Source: a virus. Taken from it: a stretch of 64,000 nt of DNA. Location of the stretch: IMG/VR virus record IMGVR_UViG_3300045988_171772, positions 64,001 to 128,000 of that record; one strand, written 5' to 3'. Every line of letters starts with the position of its first letter. Within the stretch, counting starts at the first letter, position 1. A program made the translations under genes and the position numbers. Below, one piece after another: positions 19,637-29,356 of the stretch. The notes under the pieces were generated by a model. It worked only from the letters and a program-made list of their open reading frames with translations. It had not been told where the DNA came from and made no database searches.

Positions 19637-20209
19637 ATGAAGATCTATAACGATGCTGAATACCAAGCCGTTATCCATGAGCTTAAAAAAGGACGTGATG
19701 GAGATTACTCTGTAAGAATATACAATCTGATGTATTGGTGGAAACTTACTGAGGAGGATATTGACTTCATCGTTGTGATGGCACCTGGAGATGATTATGA
19801 TACACCCGATCCTGAAAGGGAGTATCTCATTGATCCCAATGAATTCTTCTCAGCCATAGAAAACGCCTTTGATTATCCGTATTTCTCCACACAATTCTCT
19901 ATCGTATTCAAGGATGGATCTCGGATTAATTCCGTCCCTGGGTTTGATGCTGATTTTGTGCAATTTGATTACATCCCTCCCATCAGAAAGCCTTCTAAGC
20001 AGGCTCATCTCAAAACCATGATTAATTGGAAGGGAAAGAAATATATCGAAGAAACACTGGAGGATATGGCAGCATATAAACTCGATGAGCTCGGCATCCA
20101 TTCTGATGATGATCGATTCGAGGAAACCAAAGACAAGATCATTTCTGAGATCATGGAAGAATGCGACATAGATGAAGAAGCCCTGGACTTTGAAGAGCGG
20201 GGCTTCTAA
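19637..20209 (+). CDS. hypothetical protein (paralog of 21254-21742)
   Basis: 190-aa ORF. Shares LTEEDIDFIVV, EFF..I....DY, FSIVFKDGS and HLKT blocks with the 21254 ORF. Confidence 0.7.
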   Translation: MKIYNDAEYQAVIHELKKGRDGDYSVRIYNLMYWWKLTEEDIDFIVVMAPGDDYDTPDPEREYLIDPNEFFSAIENAFDYPYFSTQFSIVFKDGSRINSVPGFDADFVQFDYIPPIRKPSKQAHLKTMINWKGKKYIEETLEDMAAYKLDELGIHSDDDRFEETKDKIISEIMEECDIDEEALDFEERGF

Positions 20210-20261
20210 TTCTGTTTTGGAAGAGAAAGAATTCGTAAATGACTATAGGAGGTAAACTAAA

Positions 20262-20765
20262 ATGCCTAACTTAGTTTCTGGAAAAGTCGGTCATCTTCAT
20301 CTTTTGAAAAACGATGTAATTCAAAGGATTTTTCATGAGATTGAAGTGGAGCTCGATTTGAAAATAAAAACCTGGAGGCCAATCGGATTCGTTGATTTTC
20401 ATCTAGAAAAAGAGGATAAAGATATCATAGTACCAATCTTTCTTTATCTAGATAAAGTCGTTGATTCCGAAAATGAATACATCAAAAGACTTACATTTGG
20501 CTTGTCGCCGAGAACTAAAGAAGCGCAAGACTTTCTATTGATGTATCACTTAAAGGGATGCGAATCATACATTATTCAAAATGATAATCCTGCCTCTCTT
20601 GTAAATGGAATTGATGACGATAATCCAGAAGGATATCATCCTTTGCAAGAAATTCGAATCGAAGAATCTTTTGATGATAATTCCATGAAGGTTCGTAAAA
20701 CTTGTCATTTGTATGGAATCGTGTATGGGAATTCCATGAATAAAATTCATTTTATTACTATCTAA
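20262..20765 (+). CDS. hypothetical protein (AT-rich island)
   Basis: 167-aa ORF with SD TAGGAGG. Local GC is about 30-33%. Confidence 0.65.
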   Translation: MPNLVSGKVGHLHLLKNDVIQRIFHEIEVELDLKIKTWRPIGFVDFHLEKEDKDIIVPIFLYLDKVVDSENEYIKRLTFGLSPRTKEAQDFLLMYHLKGCESYIIQNDNPASLVNGIDDDNPEGYHPLQEIRIEESFDDNSMKVRKTCHLYGIVYGNSMNKIHFITI

Positions 20766-20786
20766 AAATAATTAGGTGATATCAAT

Positions 20787-21224
20787 ATGATTGAAAGGCT
20801 AGTGCGATCCAAAATAACTGATCCAAATTACAATGGAATTTGTTATAGGCTCTATGACTATGATGATACGAATAAAGATAGATTATTTCTGTCAGGAGCA
20901 TCTTATATCATTTACAGGAAAAAGGACTTTGATTGGATACAGATTGTCGATGTGATAACGGAAGAGCAGTATAGAGGGAGAGGATATGCTCCAGCTATAC
21001 TGCGTATTATGCTTATGGATATTCGTAAAAGATTCCCGAAAGGTACAAATTTATTCTTACTGGTAGATAGAGAAAATTTCACAGCAATCAAAATATACTT
21101 GGATCTCAGGTTTGAAATAAGATTTGCTATTTATAATGAGGGAATAAGCTATTACGTTATGACCTTATCTACACAGAGATCCGTTAAGCAACTGAAATCT
21201 ATTAATTTGCTTACCTTGTATTAA
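20787..21224 (+). CDS. GNAT-family N-acetyltransferase
   Basis: 145 aa. YRGRGYAPAILRIM (motif A) and AIKIYLDLRFE. Aligns by eye with 3686-4105 from FDWI onward. Confidence 0.65.
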   Translation: MIERLVRSKITDPNYNGICYRLYDYDDTNKDRLFLSGASYIIYRKKDFDWIQIVDVITEEQYRGRGYAPAILRIMLMDIRKRFPKGTNLFLLVDRENFTAIKIYLDLRFEIRFAIYNEGISYYVMTLSTQRSVKQLKSINLLTLY

Positions 21225-21253
21225 GATGTGAATGTGATTATTATGTAAGGGGA

Positions 21254-21742
21254 ATGAAATTTATGGAAGATTACACGTATAAAAATACTAATTATGCGGG
21301 CGATTTACCGATCAATCTTTATGATAGATTAAAGCACTTGAAAAAAGAAGATATTGATTATATCATCGTATATACAGAGAGCCCTATAGAAATACCAATT
21401 GACGAATTCTTTGAATTGGTCAAGTCCGTTCATGATTATGCTGGAGCAAGTTATGATTTTATCATCATTTTAAAAAATGGAAATTCAATTCTATGGACAT
21501 CAGATGATGAAGGATGGAAGATGACATTGAAGATGCTTCCGAGTATTGGTCGAGTACCAGTGGGGCATTTAAAAACACTTTCTACATATTCGGGAATTTA
21601 TAATATGAAAGATGCTATTAATAATTATGCGATAGAATCTACAAAGAATCTCCCCGAGTCGATTCGGGAATCAGCAAAGTCCGCAATTATCGATGAGATC
21701 ATTAAAAAACATTCTCTTGAAGAATATTACGAAAGCGAATAA
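21254..21742 (+). CDS. hypothetical protein (paralog of 19637-20209)
   Basis: 162-aa ORF. ATG 21263 is better spaced from AAGGGGA than ATG 21254. Confidence 0.65.
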   Translation: MKFMEDYTYKNTNYAGDLPINLYDRLKHLKKEDIDYIIVYTESPIEIPIDEFFELVKSVHDYAGASYDFIIILKNGNSILWTSDDEGWKMTLKMLPSIGRVPVGHLKTLSTYSGIYNMKDAINNYAIESTKNLPESIRESAKSAIIDEIIKKHSLEEYYESE

Positions 21743-21747
21743 ATTAA

Positions 21748-21791
21748 ATAGGGTATACCCAAACCTAATTGGGTATACCCTATATTTTTTA
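21748..21791. terminator. bidirectional intrinsic terminator
   Basis: ATAGGGTATACCCAA (21748-21762) pairs with TTGGGTATACCCTAT (21769-21783), then ATTTTTT. Lies between convergent genes. Confidence 0.8.
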
Positions 21792-21797
21792 TTTGGA

Positions 21798-22646
21798 TTA
21801 GCCCTGCGCAGCGAAAGTGGTATCGCTCGCAGCAATCTGCTCCTGAGTGATGTTCGGGTCGAAGTCCAGATAGCTCCACTTCAGAGTATCGATCGCCAGA
21901 TAGTAGGCGGCGATATCATTGATGTAGCGGGACTCATACTTGGTGCAATGCAGCACGACCTCGATCTCAGTCGCATCATGGCTGTTCGTATCATAGTTGT
22001 ACTGGTCACGGTCAACCTTCTCAGGGAAGCAGTGAGCCAGCAGGCAAGCATACTCGATAAACTTGCCAGTCGGATCCGTCACAAAGTAAATGAATTCGGC
22101 AGTGTGGTTCTTTTCACCATACTGGATCTTCTCGGTGGCATCATCCATGGGACCCATGACATTGCCATGGTAATGGGCGATACCAGTACGAGGATCGCGC
22201 ACACCAGTAATCCAGGTAGTCAGGAACTCGGTGCAGGGGGAACCACTCATCTCGTACAGACCAATGGTCACTGTATCGGTCTGGTCAGTAGCGATCTGCA
22301 CAGTCTCGAACTTCTGTCCAGTGTAACCACCCTCAAACGTGGTGAAGTCAACCTGGATATCGCCGATACCGTTGACAGAACGGAAACCAGTCTCGATATA
22401 GGATTTGAACCGGTTGGTCAGATCAGGGAAAGCCTTCTCCATGAAGTAAGGCTTTTTGTACATGAAGAGACGCGCATAACCACGGATGAAAGGATTCATC
22501 TGATCCAGGTTCTGCGAAGTAACGTCAACGCCGGTAAGGAAGTAGCTGAACTTGGAGTAGTCTCCATCGTTCGTTACCATATACCGACTCATATCGCTGT
22601 CTACGCCACTCTGGATAGGATGGTTTGTATAACGTGCATCAGCCAT
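21798..22646 (-). CDS. tail tube protein (by position and size)
   Basis: 282-aa GC-rich ORF immediately downstream of the sheath gene. SD GGGAGGA. The assignment rests on sheath-tube synteny. Confidence 0.55.
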   Translation of the reverse strand: MADARYTNHPIQSGVDSDMSRYMVTNDGDYSKFSYFLTGVDVTSQNLDQMNPFIRGYARLFMYKKPYFMEKAFPDLTNRFKSYIETGFRSVNGIGDIQVDFTTFEGGYTGQKFETVQIATDQTDTVTIGLYEMSGSPCTEFLTTWITGVRDPRTGIAHYHGNVMGPMDDATEKIQYGEKNHTAEFIYFVTDPTGKFIEYACLLAHCFPEKVDRDQYNYDTNSHDATEIEVVLHCTKYESRYINDIAAYYLAIDTLKWSYLDFDPNITQEQIAASDTTFAAQG

Positions 22647-22666
22647 TGCTTATATCCTCCCTTCCA

Positions 22667-24724
22667 TTATTTATTGACGTAGATGTCCACGATAGCGGTC
22701 TTGATCAGACGCTTGTGACTCAGCTCAATCGTCAGATGCAGAATACCCTGCTCCTGTTCCGCATCAGTGCTGGAGAAAGTAGCGGTAATGCTACGAACCT
22801 GAGCCTGAGCGTACTTGGTCAGAAGCTGCTCAGCATCACGATTGAAACGAGACAGGTCGGTGGTCTCCAGGAAGTTGTAAGAGTAGTTTCCGCACAGAGT
22901 CTCACAATCACGCTTGATATCCATGAGGATAAACATGTTGTTGCACTCAGACAGAGCACTCAGAATATCCTGACGAGTCGACTGCATCGCACGGATCATG
23001 ACGCTCTTGGGATTGATCTGCGCATAGTTGACACGATAAGTGGCAAGCTGATCCATAATCGCCGAATCGATCGCCTCATCATGGATGGGGAAGATCGAGT
23101 TGGAAACCAGCTCATCCATCTCGATGGTACCATAGGAACCACCAGCCAGAGGAATGTGCTTGCCATTGTTCTGGTCGAAGTTGGTGGGATAAGCACCAGC
23201 CAGCCAGTAGGTAGAAGTAACAGAAACGATCTTGCGAGAGATGGGATCACGGATCTTCATCTCATAGCCATCGACGAAGCAGTTCCGGTTGGCAGTGGCC
23301 GCATCGATATAGGTCAGACGAGTGAGGATATCCTCAGAAGTCTGCATACCAGTGCAGAGGTCAAAACCAGCCAGGCAGTCTCCGCGACGAGTGCACAGAG
23401 AAGCGATGGCATTCTTGATCGTGTAGTCATAGTTGGCATCCAGGATCAGATCCAGAGGATGACGAGTCTTGGAGTAGATGGTCTTATCGACAGAAGCGAC
23501 AAAACCCTTACTCGTATACTCTTCCTTGGTCTCCAGAGGAATCTCATCAGGATCGAAAGCATACATGTAGGCATTGTTGATGGCCTGAGTCACATCGCTG
23601 GCATTGCTGCCATCCGCCTTAACCTCAAACATACCATCGGTGCCACCCTGCATGTCGACACCAGTCAGATCGGTCAGAGCAACCACGTTCTCGGCAGAAC
23701 CAGAAGGCTCAACCTGATAACGATAGATCGCAGAGCGATTCGCCACCGTCACCTTGGTCTGCAGATTCTTGTTGATGCCCAGGAAGTAGTCGAAATTCGA
23801 AGCATCCAGCTTCATGTAGCTCTTCAGCACATTCCACGGATCATCCGAATTATCCTTCAGATTGGACATGCCAATCGAAGCCGCATACTTTTCCAGTTCA
23901 GGATTCGTCAGCTTAGAAAACACGTTGGTGTTATAAGCATTGGCGATTTCCTCGAAACCTTCGGGATTGGTGACGATCTGAATGTTGTCAGAACCAGTAT
24001 CAGGATCATTCACAACGCTGTCGGCAAACAGAGTAGCGGTGTCTGTCAAAGCGTTGTCATAGAAGCTGACCGGGATCTCTTCGATCAGAGTATCACTCTC
24101 GTAGACCTGGATGTAATAGTTCTTGTAGTCGTTCTCTCTATCAGCCCGAGAGTTGTTAGAGATACGAATACCCAGATTGTTACCATAGGCACCACGTCCC
24201 TTGGACGCAATGGCCATCAGGTAAACCATGGTATATCCTTCCGGGGGTTCAGGACGAAGTTCCTCAGCCTTCTGACCAAGGGTTTTGATATCAATCATAC
24301 CCTTCTTGGTCACAATGCTGGGGTCTTCACCATCCAAAACCTTCAGCTCACTGGCGGTGTAAAAACGAACACTCAGAACCTGAGTGCCTTCCACATCCAC
24401 CATCTTGTAAGCTGCGTAAACATACATGTTTGCACGAGTCGCATCGGGAGCGGCAATGCGCAAGCAATTCGCAGTCACAACACCGGTAGACAGAGCCCGA
24501 CGGCAGTTCATGAGAGGCTGACCGTAGCTCTTGATATCACCCATGCCGAATTTGGACACCAATTCATCGACAGTCTTGACGGCAGTCAGCTTTCCATCCT
24601 CGCCTCGGGGAGACTGAAAGATGAAGAGCATCCTGGTACCATCTGAAACACTGGCGCGCTGAACGGTGATTTGACTCTGGTCATAGATGTTTACCTCGGT
24701 ATGAGGAAAAGCATAATATGCCAT
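22667..24724 (-). CDS. contractile tail sheath protein
   Basis: 685 aa from ATG 24724 (GGAGG lies 8 nt upstream). N-terminal pattern V.IYDQS...GRGAYGNNLGIRI and the C-terminal region resemble sheath proteins. Size matches phiKZ-type sheaths as I recall them. 55-60% GC. Confidence 0.65.
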   Translation of the reverse strand: MAYYAFPHTEVNIYDQSQITVQRASVSDGTRMLFIFQSPRGEDGKLTAVKTVDELVSKFGMGDIKSYGQPLMNCRRALSTGVVTANCLRIAAPDATRANMYVYAAYKMVDVEGTQVLSVRFYTASELKVLDGEDPSIVTKKGMIDIKTLGQKAEELRPEPPEGYTMVYLMAIASKGRGAYGNNLGIRISNNSRADRENDYKNYYIQVYESDTLIEEIPVSFYDNALTDTATLFADSVVNDPDTGSDNIQIVTNPEGFEEIANAYNTNVFSKLTNPELEKYAASIGMSNLKDNSDDPWNVLKSYMKLDASNFDYFLGINKNLQTKVTVANRSAIYRYQVEPSGSAENVVALTDLTGVDMQGGTDGMFEVKADGSNASDVTQAINNAYMYAFDPDEIPLETKEEYTSKGFVASVDKTIYSKTRHPLDLILDANYDYTIKNAIASLCTRRGDCLAGFDLCTGMQTSEDILTRLTYIDAATANRNCFVDGYEMKIRDPISRKIVSVTSTYWLAGAYPTNFDQNNGKHIPLAGGSYGTIEMDELVSNSIFPIHDEAIDSAIMDQLATYRVNYAQINPKSVMIRAMQSTRQDILSALSECNNMFILMDIKRDCETLCGNYSYNFLETTDLSRFNRDAEQLLTKYAQAQVRSITATFSSTDAEQEQGILHLTIELSHKRLIKTAIVDIYVNK

Positions 24725-24795
24725 AGTATTAACCTCCATTCTGGAAAGTCGGTACAATAGTAAACGCCTGATAAGGACGTTTGTGTTACCCGATA

Positions 24796-24808
24796 TTAAA
24801 AACTTGTT
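24796..24808 (-). promoter_or_regulatory. AACA-N6-TAA motif (candidate late-type promoter)
   Basis: Minus strand reads CGATAACAAGTTTTTAATATCG, 72 nt upstream of the sheath ATG. Confidence 0.45.
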
Positions 24809-24839
24809 ATCGGAAAGGGCCGGTGGAGGCTTCTACGGA

Positions 24840-25676
24840 TTACATAGAGAGGACCTTTTCCACAGGTGATTTGTTTTGTGTCGTGCCACTTCTTGTCATA
24901 TTGATAGAAGTGGTCAACATTTGGCTCATATCTTCAAAGGTCAATGCATTGAAGACGGATGTGTAAGATGCCACAGTTCGTACATTGGCAAAGACATAGT
25001 CATTTTCACCTGCTTTGCCAACTCCGATCTGTTTCCTAAAGGGGATCGTAGGATCATCTTTGCATCTGGCTTGCTCTGCAATGATAGCCTGAAGGATGAC
25101 CGAAGGAACACCGGGAGCGATTCCATTGATCTGAAAGTTCTTATTCCAAATTTCAAGGATATGGGAGTAGGGGATGGTATTTGGAATCTTCCCTCTCATC
25201 ATCATATTGAGGAATTTCTCACAGTTTCCGGAATCTTTGGGATTGTTGACTGGCATCATAATGGAACCACGGGTATATTGAAGCACGCTGTATTCCTGCT
25301 CTTCAATATCCCCTAAGGTTAATTTCATCTTTACAACATCATCCGGATAGGTCGTAATCGGAGATGGATAGTTAAAGGTCCGAATGGGTACCTTCTCTCT
25401 GATAGAGGGATCATCAGTGGGGAATAACCTCATATTGAAGATACCCACAGTTGTGACAGCACTGCCGTCCATAAAGGCAACTGCAGAATTCAATTGAGAT
25501 TCCTTCTCCACATTCTTGAATAACTCCACAGGGATATAGGCTTCCGCATAGGGAACATTCACCACAATGTTATCTCCGGATACAATAAACTCATTTGCCA
25601 AGTGTTTCTCACCTCGATTCTTACCAAAATGTTTCTGGGATAGATCTATAGCGGTATATCTTTTATTTTTACGCAT
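24840..25676 (-). CDS. hypothetical (virion?) protein
   Basis: 278-aa ORF. No SD before the ATG. Near-motif AACC-N6-TAA ends 15 nt upstream. Confidence 0.65.
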   Translation of the reverse strand: MRKNKRYTAIDLSQKHFGKNRGEKHLANEFIVSGDNIVVNVPYAEAYIPVELFKNVEKESQLNSAVAFMDGSAVTTVGIFNMRLFPTDDPSIREKVPIRTFNYPSPITTYPDDVVKMKLTLGDIEEQEYSVLQYTRGSIMMPVNNPKDSGNCEKFLNMMMRGKIPNTIPYSHILEIWNKNFQINGIAPGVPSVILQAIIAEQARCKDDPTIPFRKQIGVGKAGENDYVFANVRTVASYTSVFNALTFEDMSQMLTTSINMTRSGTTQNKSPVEKVLSM

Positions 25677-25691
25677 ATCACAATAATACTA

Positions 25692-25704
25692 TTAATGCAA
25701 GGTT
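25692..25704 (-). promoter_or_regulatory. AACC-N6-TAA near-match to the late-type motif
   Basis: Minus strand reads CCAAAAACCTTGCATTAATAG, very like CCAAAAACACGGGTATAATAT at 36194. Confidence 0.35.
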
Positions 25705-25917
25705 TTTGGCATTATTCTTGCAGGTGTCTGTGATTTGTGCAGTAACAAATCGAGATGTTTTCTCCTAAAGAGTGTAAAATTTTCTCCGGGAATTTTAACC
25801 AGATACGAGTTAGGCTTCATGCTCGTATCTGGTTAAAAGCCTCTTAAATTTTTACAAAAAATAATGGGTATATACGAGAGATCCTTTCGAGATTCTCGTA
25901 TATACCCATGTATTCCC

Positions 25918-26460
25918 TTAGCGGAACATATTCTTCCAGAAGTCCTCACTGAACGCGGAAGTGTTTACCTGCTCCGTCTCATCAGACCTGGAACGAAACC
26001 CACTCTCACGGTCCGACCTCCGGCGGTTCTTGACCTCATCGCTCTCAACACTGCGACGGTACATCGAGTCCTTACCAGGATTGTAATTGGGGGCAGGACC
26101 AGCACCAGGAATGAAGGCTTCTTTCGAGTCCTCATACTTGTCGATGCCAGAGCTGTTGGTACCATCCAGACTGAAGACCTGATCCCATGCATCAATGAGA
26201 GAGTTCTTGGTCTCGATATAGTCAAAGTAGACAGCGGTATAGACCTCACCTTTGGAGTTGGCCTTGATTCGGATCATCTTCACACGGCACAAAGCGACAG
26301 TGTGCTGATACTGACGGATCGGATAGACACCATTGATGGTATAGAGAACCATACCAGGCATCGTCACGATCTTACAACCAGTCTCAGGGTCTTCGTTAAG
26401 CTCGTTGAATTTCTGATTCGGAGAGACGGTAATCGATTTACCGATCTTGAATTCTTCCAT
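25918..26460 (-). CDS. hypothetical protein (GC-rich)
   Basis: 180-aa ORF with SD TAAGGAGG. C-terminal Arg/Ser-rich tail. Confidence 0.7.
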   Translation of the reverse strand: MEEFKIGKSITVSPNQKFNELNEDPETGCKIVTMPGMVLYTINGVYPIRQYQHTVALCRVKMIRIKANSKGEVYTAVYFDYIETKNSLIDAWDQVFSLDGTNSSGIDKYEDSKEAFIPGAGPAPNYNPGKDSMYRRSVESDEVKNRRRSDRESGFRSRSDETEQVNTSAFSEDFWKNMFR

Positions 26461-26516
26461 AATCGTACCTCCTTAGTGTATTCGAAGAATCTAAGCACTA
26501 TATCTCCTAATGCTTA

Positions 26517-26532
26517 CTAGAATAATATACAC
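26517..26532 (-). promoter_or_regulatory. TATATTATT core (early-type-like motif)
   Basis: Minus strand reads GTGTATATTATTCTAG, 56 nt upstream of ATG 26460. Confidence 0.4.
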
Positions 26533-27756
26533 TTATTTCTTCTTTTTAGAATCCTTCTGCATCTGGTACATGTACCGCTCATACATCTTCTTGGTAGTAG
26601 AAGAGATGGAGTCTTTATACAGACCCAGAATCTCAGTCAAGGTACGGATCATGGTCTCTTTATCTTTTCCTTCTTCGGTATAGTCATAGGTCTCACCCAT
26701 GATACCAAAGACCATATTCAGAAGTCTGGTGGAATACAGAATCGTATCCGGATTCTTACCAACTTTCACCATGGAAGCCATAAAGACCAAAGCAGTCAGT
26801 CTTCCAATAGCAACTCCATTCTGATCTTTCTCATCCACAGGGACAAGAGAGAAGAGATAGGAATAGAAAGACACAAAGCTTTCTTTGGTAACACCCAAAT
26901 TGATTCTATGAAGACCAACCAAGACATCAGCAAGAGATTTGAGGAAATCCTTACGGACATCCTTTTCGATTCTCTTGATGTGAGCAGTCAAGGTTGCTCT
27001 CTCTTTCCAGAACTTCATCTCGAATCGATCTTCCATAATAGCCAATTTCACATCGGTATTATGGATCTGATCTCGATAGGCCTGGATCTCTCTTCCGGTG
27101 ATGTTGGGTTTCCCCAGAGAATGAATTGCTTCCTTCTTGACTTTCTCAAGATATTCGATGGTCTGTTCATCCCAGAATCTCATCGTCTTCTTGACATTGC
27201 CATAGCGCTCTTCAATCTCATTCTCCACCAGAGAGATCACCAGATCAAACTTCTTCAGATTCTTCTGGAATTCTGCCTCATACTTTTCGGAGTCTTCCAG
27301 ATATTTCATCATATCTTCTTCCGAGTCTTTCATCTGCTCATCTGCTTCAATCGCATTCTTCAGAGCATCTTTCATTTCCTCAGCAGAAGAATAGATGGTC
27401 TTGATATGCTTGACAGCTTCCAGAGTATTCACCATATCGGTGCGATTCTTATTCAGATCCTTCTGAAGCTGTGTCAGCTCAACATAATTCATCTCATGGA
27501 GTTTGCTGACATCAATCAGAGGAGTATCATCATCCTCTTCCTCATCCGTAGAGTCAGTCGGAGTATCCTCCACTTTATCTACAGATTCTTCTTCTGTATC
27601 AACAGTCTCCTGAGAAACTTTTTCTTCCTTAGCATCAACCTTTACAGGAATGATAGGAATATCCTCCACTGTACCAATAGCAGAGTTTACGAGAAGATCT
27701 GCTACCGGAGTTCCTTCAGTGGGAACATTCATCGGAGTATTCGTAGTGTCTGTCAT
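26533..27756 (-). CDS. hypothetical protein, acidic N-terminus plus helical body
   Basis: 407-aa ORF with SD TGGAGGAAAA. Acidic stretch VDTEEESVDKVEDTPTDSTDEEEDDD. Confidence 0.75.
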   Translation of the reverse strand: MTDTTNTPMNVPTEGTPVADLLVNSAIGTVEDIPIIPVKVDAKEEKVSQETVDTEEESVDKVEDTPTDSTDEEEDDDTPLIDVSKLHEMNYVELTQLQKDLNKNRTDMVNTLEAVKHIKTIYSSAEEMKDALKNAIEADEQMKDSEEDMMKYLEDSEKYEAEFQKNLKKFDLVISLVENEIEERYGNVKKTMRFWDEQTIEYLEKVKKEAIHSLGKPNITGREIQAYRDQIHNTDVKLAIMEDRFEMKFWKERATLTAHIKRIEKDVRKDFLKSLADVLVGLHRINLGVTKESFVSFYSYLFSLVPVDEKDQNGVAIGRLTALVFMASMVKVGKNPDTILYSTRLLNMVFGIMGETYDYTEEGKDKETMIRTLTEILGLYKDSISSTTKKMYERYMYQMQKDSKKKK

Positions 27757-27786
27757 ATTGATTTTCCTCCATAGATAATAGAATCT

Positions 27787-28656
27787 TTAACCTTCGTCAT
27801 CCTCGCCAATAACAACAAAGTCAGACGGATTCTGAGTCGTCTCCATCAGATCTTTCTTGCCGTTATTCTCAGATCCAGGGACAGTAAATTCCTTCATCAG
27901 GCGATTTGACAAGTTAAAGCAAAGTACACCCTTCACGGATGTATCCTTCTTGAAAATCGTAGTAATTTGATCCACAAAGGTTACGGCTACCGGAGGTTCA
28001 CCCTCTTCGGAATCCATAAGATCTGCAGATTCATACATTGAATGGATCAGTGCCATATCCACTTCTTCCAGATCTGAATATTCAAACCATTTATCCACGG
28101 TCATATTATCCAGAATCCATGCGCAAATATCATAGATATCGGCGAGAATCACCGCATCTTCGATATTGAAGTTTTTCTTTTTGGAGATCGTAGAAGCATC
28201 TCTCTTATTGCGGTCATCTTCAAACACCTGGAAGATCTCCATCTTATTCTTGATGATGAATCGGAATAAGACATCCTCCATATGGGTAATAAAATTCAAT
28301 ACGAATGTATTGTAGAGGGCTTCTGTAATATCAGGAATATCATTCCGATGAGTCTCTTTCCACTCATCGGAAACTTTGATCGCAAATTTTGTTTCGATGG
28401 CATCCAGGAAGATACCACAGATGGAAAGAAAGCGATCCTGCACTTCGAGCAATACATCAGGATCCTCATTTTCTTCAATGATGCCCTCATATCTGGTTTT
28501 CAACGGAGAGAATTGGTCGACACTTGCGTCACCGACCATATCGAATCTCGGATCCAGGATCTGAGAATCTACAATCAGAGCAATTTCTTCAGTATCAAAG
28601 GTATCCAGAATTTCAGACAATTCCAGATTTTCATTATCAATCTGATATTCTGCCAT
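27787..28656 (-). CDS. hypothetical protein
   Basis: Start moved to ATG 28656 (MAEYQIDNEN), 9 nt after GGAGGA. 289 aa. Confidence 0.75.
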   Translation of the reverse strand: MAEYQIDNENLELSEILDTFDTEEIALIVDSQILDPRFDMVGDASVDQFSPLKTRYEGIIEENEDPDVLLEVQDRFLSICGIFLDAIETKFAIKVSDEWKETHRNDIPDITEALYNTFVLNFITHMEDVLFRFIIKNKMEIFQVFEDDRNKRDASTISKKKNFNIEDAVILADIYDICAWILDNMTVDKWFEYSDLEEVDMALIHSMYESADLMDSEEGEPPVAVTFVDQITTIFKKDTSVKGVLCFNLSNRLMKEFTVPGSENNGKKDLMETTQNPSDFVVIGEDDEG

Positions 28657-28781
28657 TTTGCGGCATCCTCCATTCACGTTGATTTAGGCACTTACCATTT
28701 TGTGTAAATGGAGCTTAAGAAATAATAATTCCATCGTAGAAACCTTAATGTAAGCAGACCCTTGCCTTATCACGATCAGAA

Positions 28782-28802
28782 TCTCTATATACTCTATAGA
28801 GA
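28782..28802. promoter_or_regulatory. palindrome in divergent promoter region
   Basis: TCTCTATA-TACTC-TATAGAGA, between divergent starts 28656 (minus) and 28877 (plus). Confidence 0.45.
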
Positions 28803-28876
28803 GAATGAGAATGGTAAGGTCTCCTCATTTATAAAATCACTATAAAGCTATATCCTACAGTAAAGGAGAGAACGAT

Positions 28877-29338
28877 ATGAGAATTCTCGACGTGAATGGT
28901 AACGAAGTCCAGAACCCTGATCTGGACCTTGGTTACCTTACCAACGATCGAATTTTCATTGCTCATCACGAAGCAGTTGAGGCTGTCAAGGAAGTCTACC
29001 ACTATGAGACTGAGCGTGAATACCCCAATGGTGGACGCGATGTCAAGAAGGTTGTGGATGTCCCTGCAGTCGAAGCCAAGGAAGCTTGGGATGAGTATGA
29101 GGACATTCAGCGCTACAAACTGTACACTCCCGAGGAGTATGCAGAGCGTCATAAGTATGACAACATTCCCACTACCGAGACTCGTATTGGCGTTCTGGAA
29201 TCCACCGTTTCGGAGCTGACCAACATGATCGCCATGATGATGGCTACCATGGTTCCTACGGAAAACCCGGTTGCTGGAACCGGTTCGGAAGAGGGTACTC
29301 CTCCGACTACCGAACCCGAAGCCGATGGTACTGTCTGA
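28877..29338 (+). CDS. hypothetical protein
   Basis: 153-aa ORF with SD TAAAGGAGAG. Confidence 0.7.
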   Translation: MRILDVNGNEVQNPDLDLGYLTNDRIFIAHHEAVEAVKEVYHYETEREYPNGGRDVKKVVDVPAVEAKEAWDEYEDIQRYKLYTPEEYAERHKYDNIPTTETRIGVLESTVSELTNMIAMMMATMVPTENPVAGTGSEEGTPPTTEPEADGTV

Positions 29339-29356
29339 GGAAAGGAGTGCTAAGCT

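Noticed and set aside
22625-24646. 673-aa plus-strand ORF
   Set aside because: It is antisense to the sheath gene and exists only because the GC-rich sense strand lacks stops in the opposite frame. It has low-complexity Ile/Arg/Leu-rich content and no SD.
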